The notes beneath the pieces are model-generated. The model did not search any database, had not been told where the DNA came from, and saw nothing but the letters and a program-made list of their open reading frames with translations. From Tetramitus jugosus (Eukaryota; Protista; Heterolobosea), in NCBI GenBank assembly GCA_937625935.1, contig OW569377.1:186001-250000 (forward strand): a stretch of 64,000 bases of DNA. The letters run 5' to 3'. The position numbers were made by a program, and so were the translations under genes. The first letter of the stretch is position 1. Each line of letters opens with the position of its first letter. Below, piece after piece: positions 46,475 to 56,118 of the stretch.

Positions 46475-47510
46475 CACGATATGTGCCATCAGTTATCCTC
46501 AAAAGGCTCTACCTTGGTGGTATTACAAACAGGGATCAATTGGTCCTGGACAACAAGCTCAAAAGTCTGAAGGACATCAGAATTGAATTCCCGGGGTGCA
46601 AGATCGGGACAAGATCTCATGAGATGCTGAAAATCATGGTGTCACAAATGAACGGTTGTGAGTGTCAATCACAAAGGGAGGGTCCCTCCAGCAGTAACGC
46701 AGAATCCCTCATGATGGGGGACTCCCGTATCGAGAGCAGAGAGCAGCTACAGTCAATGATGGATCAACAAAGGACCGAAAGAATCTCGGGAATGGGGCTC
46801 TACTGGCTGCAAGCTGATGCAATACGAAGCGGAGCTGACTTCAGCTTTCTGAAGTACCCACACAAGATCAATAGGCAAGTGGAGTGGTTCTATGCTCAAG
46901 TGCGTAGCGGTACTCTTCACACAAAAGAGACAAAGCGCTGTCTATATGGCAAGGATGAAGTGATGGAAAGATGTGAGCGATGTCTCAAAGAGCCAGAGAC
47001 GATACAACACTGTCTCATACGATGTCCAAGGGCCATCGTGCGCCGAAGAAGACTGGCATTGTCAGTAGGTAAAGACCTTGACAAGCTGGGTATTCACCAT
47101 AAACAGCAAATCAATATATGGTTTGATAATGTTGTGTGGAAGGATGGTAAAATCTCTGTGAGAGAAAATCGTAAGACAAGCAAGGAGTTCCTATCTGGTA
47201 TGATGGGGGTTGAAAATGAAGCAGTGGAACAAGTAACAAAAGGTTTGAGGATGAACGGTGTGAAGAAGGTCATGGCGGAAAAGAAAGCGAAATCATTCGT
47301 GAACAGGGTGAAGAGGAGGTGCGTCGACACCCTTCATCGCCTATTCATCTCCCACAAGGAAGACACATAACAATGACGCTCTACGAGCGTCATTGTGAGA
47401 AATGAAAAGTAACGGAGGAGATAACGCTCTTCGAGCGTTATCCAGTGTAAATAGTCAGAAAATAAAATCGGAGCAACCGAAATGGTTGTATTAAAAAAAA
47501 AAAAAAAAAA
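46475..47510 (+). mobile_element. Element E2: 5'-truncated L1/Tx1-like non-LTR retrotransposon copy (ORF2 C-terminus open 46477-47370)
   Basis: Direct repeat CCGATACGGCGAAAAT at 46459-46474 and 47511-47526; A18 tail at 47493-47510; CCHC zinc finger CERC-x8-H-x4-C (zf-RVT type); GITNRDQL..LKSLKDI resembles L1/Tx1 post-RT sequence. Confidence 0.92.
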
Positions 47511-48124
47511 CCGATACGGCGAAAATGTCTTCCTGTATTGGCGGCGCCCTCTCGTCAGTGCCTCGACTCTTACTTCTGCAGAGATATTGGTCATACGGCC
47601 TCGAGAAAAGGAATGAATAGACATCAATGAGCCTCGATGATCAGGAAAAGGAGGAAAGATCGTAACGAGTCGGAATTCCAGGAGTAAAATGGAAAGGTTT
47701 TATTGCCCAAAAATCACGGAGAATAGAGTGTATGGACGTTCAAAAATAAGATGGAGGATCGTGGAAACTTCGAAATTCATCTGTTGTAGTGCTGTTGTAG
47801 TAACGAGATGAATGTTGTTCTCTGGAACAACCCAAGGTTCCAAAAGGTGAGCCCATAACCATCCAATCATTTTTTAGGATCTTCAAATTCCAACTTTAAA
47901 AACCCGCAGTAGCGCAACGTTCGAATACAACGAGATCCGATCTGACTTCAAAAAAGTAAAGTTCCTTTATGATCAAGTTGACCATGGTATTTGTGGGTGT
48001 TTATTTGTTTGAAGCGAATCTTTGACTACATAAATCTGTGGTGATCCTCGGCTTTATTTTCACTCTCTACTATTCACAATACAACCAAGAGATCTCACCA
48101 CACATACTCAGTTATACCTGACCC

Positions 48125-49966
48125 ATGAAGTATCTTCACTCAGTACTACTCGTCGGTCTTTTGACTGCCTCTATCCTCCTCTTTTCACTTCCCTACCGCT
48201 CCTACGGTGCTCTCAATTGCACAGTCGGATCAGCAGCTTCAAGCCAGAATGGCTCTTTTGTGCTAGAACCAGTCGTTACAGGTATCGACGGTATTACTTT
48301 TATTGAATTTGCCACTCTACCTGGATCCTCTCGCTCCTCCATGTTCATCGGTACTCAAACCGGTGTTATCTACATTGCAAATGTGAATCAGAATAAGAGA
48401 AAGCAGTGGCTGTGCGATCAACACTGTGCCAACACTACCACCAGTAGTACGAACAGTACGGCAGGTCAGCACTTTACTGTTCAGAAATGTAGCAGTAACT
48501 CGACGTTTGTCAATTGTAACTGCACTATTGACTGTAGTCTCTGTAGCAACAGTACACTCGTACAGCCTGTCGTATTCTTGAATATTTCAAGTCAACTCGC
48601 TCCATTTGCTACCAATCAAACAACGGACGAGAAGGGATTGTTGGCTATGGCGTTCCATCCTCAGTTCCACAAGAATGGTCGCTTCTTCCTCTACTATTCC
48701 ATTCCAGCCCAGAGTAACAGCACGGGCAGTGCCATCACGGTTACCAACTCCTCTACGTCTTGCAATGCCACTGCACAGAACCATGTCAATGCTCTGAGAG
48801 AGTTCCTGTTTACTCCAGGTACTTGGTCGTCCATCTTCAATTGCTCCACTAGTTCCCACAACTTTACTGTTGAACAAGTGAGAACACTGCTGTTGACGTC
48901 TCAACCATTCTCAGGCCACAATGGCTTCCAGAATTTGGCCTTCTCCGAAGTGGACGGAAAGCTGTATCTGGCTACTGGTGATGGTGGTAGTGTCAATGAT
49001 CCGTTCAATGCTGCACAGTTCGATGAGAGTGTCCTTGGAAAGATCTTGAGCTTTGATGTCGATGGGATTGAAGAAGGCAGATTCCTCAGTTCTGACACAG
49101 TGCGAGAGAGATCGTGTAATACAGTGGTCCGTACACTTCTCCAAATGCAATTGGCTTGTCCATTCATTGCAAGATTTGTACAACCAGTGTCCAAGGGACT
49201 TCGATTCCCAAGCGGTGTCGATTTCTTCACAGAAGCCGATGCGCAGTCCTCTATTCTCTTTGAACCAGAGGTGGATACCTTTTCAAAGTGCACACAATTC
49301 GGTATGATTCTGGCACAGATTGGTCAATCTGACGCAGGAACACTCCAAATTGTGAACAGTGTGGGAAGCAATATGGGCTGGAGATTCATGGAAGGTTCAA
49401 CCTGTATCAACCAAACTGGTTTGAACGTTTGTGGATCCTCTGCATTCAATGTTACCTTTGATAATAATGGGGAATTCCCATCATCCATCAGCGTGACTCT
49501 ACCAATCGCTGAACTGACTGGCAACTTAAGTTCCGGTGAAGCGCTCATTGGAGGTCACTTGTTCAGATCAGACAGTCTCGGTTGTCAGTTGAAGAACAAG
49601 TACATCTTTGGCAACTTTGATGGACAGTTGTACTTTGTCGATCTCGTGCCATTGATGCAAACTGTGTTCAATTTGACAGACAACTCCACATCCACATCCA
49701 GTGTGCCTTTTCCATTCGTTCAAACATTGAATGAGTTGTGTTCTGTTAATGGTACATCGTCGACCGCATTGAGTGACTTCAGGGACACACTTCTCCAGAT
49801 TCAAACCATTGATATCGGTTCGACCAACAACACATTCTTCACTGCAATTTCTGTGAGTCCAGATGATCAAATCTTTGTTGGAGCTGCAAAACCTACAGGT
49901 TCAGCCACGATTCCATTTATCAAGTCTGGTACCGTTTTCCGTCTGGTAAGTTCCAGTAGTGGCTAA
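48125..49966 (+). CDS. Secreted HHIP-like / glucose-sorbosone dehydrogenase beta-propeller protein
   Basis: Signal peptide; DEKGLLAMAFHPQFHKNGRFFLYYS; QPFSGHNG; DGKLYLATGDGGS..DPFNAAQ; NMGWRFMEG. Confidence 0.85.
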   Translation: MKYLHSVLLVGLLTASILLFSLPYRSYGALNCTVGSAASSQNGSFVLEPVVTGIDGITFIEFATLPGSSRSSMFIGTQTGVIYIANVNQNKRKQWLCDQHCANTTTSSTNSTAGQHFTVQKCSSNSTFVNCNCTIDCSLCSNSTLVQPVVFLNISSQLAPFATNQTTDEKGLLAMAFHPQFHKNGRFFLYYSIPAQSNSTGSAITVTNSSTSCNATAQNHVNALREFLFTPGTWSSIFNCSTSSHNFTVEQVRTLLLTSQPFSGHNGFQNLAFSEVDGKLYLATGDGGSVNDPFNAAQFDESVLGKILSFDVDGIEEGRFLSSDTVRERSCNTVVRTLLQMQLACPFIARFVQPVSKGLRFPSGVDFFTEADAQSSILFEPEVDTFSKCTQFGMILAQIGQSDAGTLQIVNSVGSNMGWRFMEGSTCINQTGLNVCGSSAFNVTFDNNGEFPSSISVTLPIAELTGNLSSGEALIGGHLFRSDSLGCQLKNKYIFGNFDGQLYFVDLVPLMQTVFNLTDNSTSTSSVPFPFVQTLNELCSVNGTSSTALSDFRDTLLQIQTIDIGSTNNTFFTAISVSPDDQIFVGAAKPTGSATIPFIKSGTVFRLVSSSSG

Positions 49967-50136
49967 TCACGAGAAATGCGAACCTTTGTAAATATGTTGT
50001 AAATACTACTCTCATACAATTGAAATAAAAAGTGGTACAATAATTATTGCTATATAACTAACTGCTGTTGATGTTTTTGTATTATTATTGCTACACAATA
50101 ATCGGCAAGTAATGTGTTGCTGTTACACAGGTGCAC

Positions 50137-51063
50137 TCACTTGTTGGACTTCTCCTTCATTTTAGTAATAATCTGCTTCATTTCCTCTGTGGCGTAGCAC
50201 TGTGCCTGAGCATCAGCCTCTCTGCACAAATGTGCATCCAAATTCGCAATTTGTTGCAGTCTGAGAGACTTGAGACAGGTCTTGACACCCATTTGTGGAT
50301 TCATTGCCATCTTTTCAGCAATTTCGATTGCTCTGCTCTTCACAGACTCCTTTTGAACAGTTTCCAACACCATACCCAACTCCTTTGCTCTATTTCCATC
50401 TACAACATCACCAGTCAACAACAAATAGCTAGCAATCTGATGATTCAACAACATGGGTAACAAATGAGTGCTGCCCATACCAGGATGCAATCCCAATTGT
50501 GTAAAAGTGACGCCCATCTTTGCCTCTGGACAAGTCACTCTCACATCACAAGCCATAGCGATACAAAGACCAGCTCCAATCGCATATCCATTGATAGCTG
50601 CAACAGTAGGCACTTGCAGCTTATGCAACAATGGGGTCAAGAAATAATTGTAAAAAGCAATCATGTGTTGCGTATTGGAGTGCGGCTTGTCATTACATCG
50701 ATCAAGCAAAAATTCCAAGTCACCCCCTGCGCTAAACGCCTTGTCGCCCTCTCCAGTCAAAACTACAGCGGCCAAGGACTCGGAGTTTGCCGCATGATTG
50801 CTCACCAAATCAGCAAACTGCAACGCAAGATCCGTATTGAGTGCATTGAGCTGCTCTGGGCGATTGAACGAGATGATACCAATCGATTTTCCATTCTTGA
50901 GTGACTTGGTCTCCCATTTGATCAGATTGTCACCACCAACCTTCCATTGTTGTTGTTGTTGGTGAGCGTTTCTCACACCACTCAACTGGTGGAAGAGCGA
51001 GGACGTGGTATTCTTCACAATCTGATGGGTGTTTGCTGAGACGAGACGACGAGAGAGAAACAT
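50137..51063 (-). CDS. Mitochondrial enoyl-CoA hydratase/isomerase family protein
   Basis: NRPEQLNAL, KAFSAGGDL, PTVAAINGYAIGAG and LGLHPGMG; N-terminal presequence. Confidence 0.92.
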   Translation of the reverse strand: MFLSRRLVSANTHQIVKNTTSSLFHQLSGVRNAHQQQQQWKVGGDNLIKWETKSLKNGKSIGIISFNRPEQLNALNTDLALQFADLVSNHAANSESLAAVVLTGEGDKAFSAGGDLEFLLDRCNDKPHSNTQHMIAFYNYFLTPLLHKLQVPTVAAINGYAIGAGLCIAMACDVRVTCPEAKMGVTFTQLGLHPGMGSTHLLPMLLNHQIASYLLLTGDVVDGNRAKELGMVLETVQKESVKSRAIEIAEKMAMNPQMGVKTCLKSLRLQQIANLDAHLCREADAQAQCYATEEMKQIITKMKEKSNK

Positions 51064-51260
51064 ATTGCTGAGTCAGGTAATCTTGCAATGTTGTTCGTTT
51101 GTTGTTTTTGACCAAGACCAAAATCCAAAACCCCTCCCTGATGACCTCCTGGATGACACAGCAAAAGCAATATTTACAACAAAAACTAAAAAACTCATGT
51201 GCGCAGCGTGTGAGTTGATTCAATCCATAAAACGAATAGTGGTTAATATGTGGGGTTGAT

Positions 51261-52187
51261 TTATTGTTTTTCTTCCTTTTGTTCCTGTTGTTGTTGTGGC
51301 TCGGTTTCAGCTTCAGCTTCTGGAGTAGTTGCGGCAGCATCACCATTGGCGGCAGCAGCTGCAGCTTCCTCTTGCTCTCTCATTGCCTCTCTCTGCTTCT
51401 CGTTCGATGCATAAATCTTTTCCCATGTGGCGTTGGTCCAACCATATCTTCCCAAACGTCTCTCATTCTCCTTGTATGGCACTTCGACCAATGTAATATA
51501 AAAGTGAGTGGATTTTCTGGTCATGATACCATGTCTCATTCTTGCATGATAACGAATACGCTTCAAATACTTTCCTCTGCCGACAAATGCCTTCTTGATC
51601 AACAAACGATCCGCATTCAATCCATGGAAATTTTCACAATTGGTCATGCAACCCTTGAGGAACTTGGCCAATGGAACACCAACCTTTCTACCACAGAATT
51701 CCAAATGGTAGAGCGCTTCCTTGGCATTGAGACCACGAATCATGCGAGCAACGTCATTCACCTTTCTGAATCCCTGTCTCAAATCTCTCTGTTCAAATGT
51801 GACACTTGGATAAGATGCCATTTCTTTGGCGTTGTGCTTAGGGAGTTGACTGGCTGTAATTCTTCTCCTTCTGGTGTTCATGCTGTCATCAACAAATGAT
51901 TCGATCACTTCTTCATTTTCAGTGAAATCGGCATCTTGGAACATGGGAGCAGCGGATTGTTGTTGCTTGTTGTGTTGGTTGATGGAGAGTTGACGGATCT
52001 GGTGCTGTATTTGCCATAGTGGGGATGATGATGATGATGTGTTCATGAAGAATGGTTGCATGAGAAATGCTGCATTATTATTTGTTGTTGTTGGTTGGTG
52101 ATGACTTATCAGTGATGCAGTAGTCGTTCTCACGACACCTGACTTGTTGCTATTGACAATGAATTGTTGTGCAGCTTTCCTCAGCAT
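51261..52187 (-). CDS. MRPL22: Mitochondrial ribosomal protein uL22m
   Basis: KVNDVARMIRGL..EAL, FVGRGKYLKRIRYHARMR and HFYITLVE; mitochondrial presequence. Confidence 0.9.
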   Translation of the reverse strand: MLRKAAQQFIVNSNKSGVVRTTTASLISHHQPTTTNNNAAFLMQPFFMNTSSSSSPLWQIQHQIRQLSINQHNKQQQSAAPMFQDADFTENEEVIESFVDDSMNTRRRRITASQLPKHNAKEMASYPSVTFEQRDLRQGFRKVNDVARMIRGLNAKEALYHLEFCGRKVGVPLAKFLKGCMTNCENFHGLNADRLLIKKAFVGRGKYLKRIRYHARMRHGIMTRKSTHFYITLVEVPYKENERRLGRYGWTNATWEKIYASNEKQREAMREQEEAAAAAANGDAAATTPEAEAETEPQQQQEQKEEKQ

Positions 52188-52371
52188 GATGACAATGTAC
52201 GGAGGGATGGATTTAACAACAAAAAATGTGTGTTGAGATTATTGCGAAAAATGCGTCTTATTCTGTATTTTTGCGACAGTGGGAAATTTGTAAGATTTAT
52301 TGAATGTTCAATATTGTAATGAAGTAGGAGAAAATAATGGTTCATACAACGATAGAGATTGTTGCACCCGT

Positions 52372-53744
52372 TTACTGAGAGGCACAGCTGATTCCTTGAC
52401 CTTCTCCGTGACCCTCATCCTCATCATCGTCATAAGCTTCTCTTCTTGGTCCTCTGTTGGATCTATCAATGGTTTGATCTTCGAGCACAACTTCTTCCAA
52501 CTCTTCTCTGTTGACCTCCAACTTTGCCTTTGGAGGTAGCAGAGTCATCAAACTCTCTGCCAACTTGGCATCGACACGATCAGGGAACTCAACATCAAAC
52601 TTAATGTACAAGTTGCCCTTCTCATATGGATTTCTGTGGTGAGGCATACCTTCACCAGTGATTTGCTTCACTTGATCAGTTCGAATCACCTCTCCTGGCT
52701 TGTTCTTAATCAAAAGTTTCCTCTTGTCCAAGTGCTCGACCACAAATTCGACACCGGTCAACGCCTCGGACAACTTAATCTTCTTTTGAATAATCAGATT
52801 GGCTCCATCTCTGGAGAAAACAGGATGATCCTTCTCGGCCAACACAAAGACGATATCACCTGCTTGTACACCAGGCTTCTCATCTGCCTCGCCCTCGAAC
52901 ACAATCTTTGCCTTGTCGTGCATTCCTCTGTCGATATGTACATCCAAAGTCTTCTTCTCACTGACAACCTTCTTTCCATTGCAAGACTTGCACATGAATT
53001 GCTTGTCCATGATTTTTCCTTCACCAGAGCATTGAGGACATGCCTTGCGCACTTGAGTCATGAAACCAGGTGCTACTTGTCTCATTTCGTTCACAGCACC
53101 CTGACCGTTACATCGTGTGCATGTCTTGACAGCTTCCTTCTTTGTTGCTCCGACTCCATTACAGTCCTTGCACACTCTTGTTCGAGTGACTCTAATCTTT
53201 CTCACAGATCCATTGTACAACTCTTCGAGTGTCACTGGAAGTTCATGTCTCACGGTTTCGGCCTTGACTGGTCCACGTGGTCTACTGGCACTGGATGCCC
53301 TGCCTGTGAACATGTCAAACAAATCGAATCCACCCATTCCTCCCATTCCTCCCATGTTGCCATTCAATCCCTCTTCACCATACTGGTCATAAATCTCTCT
53401 CTTTTCAGAGTCTTTCAACACTTCGTATGCTGATGCAATTTCCTTGAACTATATGTGTGGTAATTGTTGTTTTTTTGGTTTGTTGTTTGAATCATTGTTT
53501 GAATGTGAGTGGTGATAATGATTGTTGTATTATTGATACAATTTGTGATTAGTTTTTTGAAAGTTCAAAAAGGAAGACGCAAAGATGATGATTCACGTTT
53601 CAAACAAAATGTTACCTTTTCTTCTGATGCGTCTGGGTTCAAATCTGGATGATATTGTCTAGCGAGCTTCTTGTAAGCTTTTCTAATGTCTTCGTCAGAG
53701 GCATTTTTTTGCACTCCCAAAAGCTCATAATAATCCTTTCCCAT
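52372..53744 (-). CDS. Type I DnaJ/Hsp40 (DNAJA/Ydj1-like); intron 53449-53615
   Basis: J-domain [12 protein letters not shown] in exon 1; CxxCxGxG repeats; C-terminal CAAX (CASQ). Confidence 0.95.
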
Positions 53745-54004
53745 CCCTTGTTGTTTTGTTGTTGTTGGTTACTGTTGTTGTTATTGTTGGTTGGTGATGT
53801 TGTATGGAGGAAGATTGAATTTCGCTCACGCATCAATGGAACCTCGATCGTGTTCGGACTCCACACACTTTCTCATCGAGATTCACCGCTGGACAATTTT
53901 CGCGGACACAACGAGCGGACAAAATTGTTTGATCGGGGTAATGTTTCAGCATGCTGGAAACAAAAACTTTGGGAATAAGGACGCATCGGCACAGATTACT
54001 TTGA

Positions 54005-54322
54005 ATGATGAATAAATTGACAATATTGTGCATAGCTATTGTGGTTCTCTTGTTTGCATGCCTTCCATACATTTCATGCATGAACACTGACGGTGGACTC
54101 AACGTTGACGATTTGCTAAACTTTGATGACAAGCAAACATTTGCTGCTGGTTCGCAGGGCCCAGCGGAGTCATCTGATGATCCTGATCCAAGCCATGCTA
54201 AAACTCTTGCGATCGTTCTAGGAGTCATTGGAGGAATTACATTTGTTGGTTTGGTGTTGATTGTTGTGGGTGCTGTTGGCTACGTCTACGTGAAACAGAG
54301 AACAAGCTATGAAGCTTTGTAA
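54005..54322 (+). CDS. Small single-pass membrane protein
   Basis: Signal peptide, TM helix, and cytosolic YEAL (YxxL) end. Confidence 0.65.
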   Translation: MMNKLTILCIAIVVLLFACLPYISCMNTDGGLNVDDLLNFDDKQTFAAGSQGPAESSDDPDPSHAKTLAIVLGVIGGITFVGLVLIVVGAVGYVYVKQRTSYEAL

Positions 54323-54693
54323 ATTTATTCTTCTCTTTTTTTTGAACACAAAGCTTTTCATTTAGATGCCAAAAAAGTTAGTTGTAACACATGTCAGTGG
54401 ACCAAACGTAATTCTGTTTTTGAAACAGGGATTCACTAATTCAGCATGTGCATGGATTGATGGAGACTGATGATGACTTCCTGCTCCTCTACAGAACAAA
54501 AAGGGATTGTTCGTTCGGTCCTTGCGTGCGTTTTGCGCATTCAGACACGCAGTATTTTGTCCTTTTTCACGCAGATTCAGTAAGTCCAGTATCACACTCT
54601 CTCATAAATAGAGAGTCGTTTGGACAGGTCAGACATTCACAACAACAAACAAAAGTATCAACAATCACTCAACCAATCAATTTAACATCAACC

Positions 54694-55041
54694 ATGGGTC
54701 AATCACAAGTTCCAACCGTTACCAAGCAAGAAGTTAAACAAGCCATTCAAAACCAAGACTCCATTCTTCTGGATGTCAGAGGTCCAAGTGAAGTCACTGG
54801 TCCAACAGGTTTATTGCCAACAGCTGTCAATGTACCACTTGGTGACTTGTCCAATGCATTGAACTTGGGTGAACAACAATTCAAGCAGACATACAAGTTT
54901 GACAAGCCAGGTATCGATCAAAAGATTATTGTTTATTGCAAGAGTGGAATGAGAGCTGGATCTGCTGCTAGTACATTGGCTCAAAGCGGTTACACCAACG
55001 TTTTGCTCTACTCTGGCTCAGCAATGGACTGGTACAATTAA
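54694..55041 (+). CDS. Single-domain rhodanese (TSTD1/Rdl1-like)
   Basis: LLDVRGPSE, VYCKSGMRA and YSGSAMDW. Confidence 0.9.
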   Translation: MGQSQVPTVTKQEVKQAIQNQDSILLDVRGPSEVTGPTGLLPTAVNVPLGDLSNALNLGEQQFKQTYKFDKPGIDQKIIVYCKSGMRAGSAASTLAQSGYTNVLLYSGSAMDWYN

Positions 55042-55294
55042 ACGTGAGAGTCATACCTTACATGCAATTCAACCGCAAGGAATCAATGAATAATAAAGCA
55101 TCCAAAGATTTTCTAGAGGTGGCACAGATCTTTTCATCTCACCTTTCACAATTGTTTATGACAGGGTATAAAGTCCAATTGCGTAACGCAGTTCCTCCGC
55201 GTGTCTCCAACTGTTCGCTAAATTCGCAATTCAATCAGATTCACAAAACAATGCACAACAACAGCAAAACAAACAACATCAATATTGATAGAAG

Positions 55295-56053
55295 ATGGAT
55301 AAATATTTAATCATTGATATTGCTCTGATATCGACATCTGGTTTCCTATGGGTCGCCTATCATGCTCTCTTGGCTTTAGCCATTCAATATCGCCCGCTGT
55401 ATACGACACAAGGCATGAATAATGCTGTTCGTTCACAATGGCTTCACTACATTATGAAAAACACTTCCGGTAATGCGATTTTGGCTGTTCAGACCATGAG
55501 AAACATTATTATGGCCGCATCATTCCTGTCTACGGCTTCGATTACCATTGGTCTCGCATTTCTCAATTATTCTCTTGGATCGACCGATATCAGCAAGTAT
55601 GCTTACTTGGGTTCGAGGGATCCTCATCTGAACTTTGTGAAGCTTCTACTCATGTTTGTGTCCATGGTGTTCTCATTCTTTAATTTCGTGATTTGCATTC
55701 GGAATTTGAATCATAGCACGACATTGATACTGTTGCCAGAGGAAGCGAGACACTTGGTTTTGGTGACTGAAGCTGAAGTGAGCCCCGAGAATGCAGCTCA
55801 CGTGTTCAATCGAGCCATGTTACACTTTACTCTCGGCATGAGAGGTTACTATGCGCTCATTCCATTCCTATTCTGGTTGTTTGGTCCAGTGTTCATGTTT
55901 GTGTCAAGCTGTTGCATATTGTTGTTGCTTTTCGTCCTAGATAGGGCATCCATCAAGAGAAAGTATCCAAAGGAAGCTTCACCTCAATCACAGAGCCAAC
56001 CACAACAACAACAGAGCGATTCAGACAATGACCACGAACTTCACAGTCTTTAG
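55295..56053 (+). CDS. DUF599 family membrane protein
   Basis: ILAVQTMRNIIMAASFLST and GMRGYY..IPFLFWLFGP. Confidence 0.87.
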   Translation: MDKYLIIDIALISTSGFLWVAYHALLALAIQYRPLYTTQGMNNAVRSQWLHYIMKNTSGNAILAVQTMRNIIMAASFLSTASITIGLAFLNYSLGSTDISKYAYLGSRDPHLNFVKLLLMFVSMVFSFFNFVICIRNLNHSTTLILLPEEARHLVLVTEAEVSPENAAHVFNRAMLHFTLGMRGYYALIPFLFWLFGPVFMFVSSCCILLLLFVLDRASIKRKYPKEASPQSQSQPQQQQSDSDNDHELHSL

Positions 56054-56118
56054 CTCTCAAAAAAGATTAAAAAAAACCAAAATTCCATTGAAAAACAAAA
56101 AGCATCGCACGTACGAGT

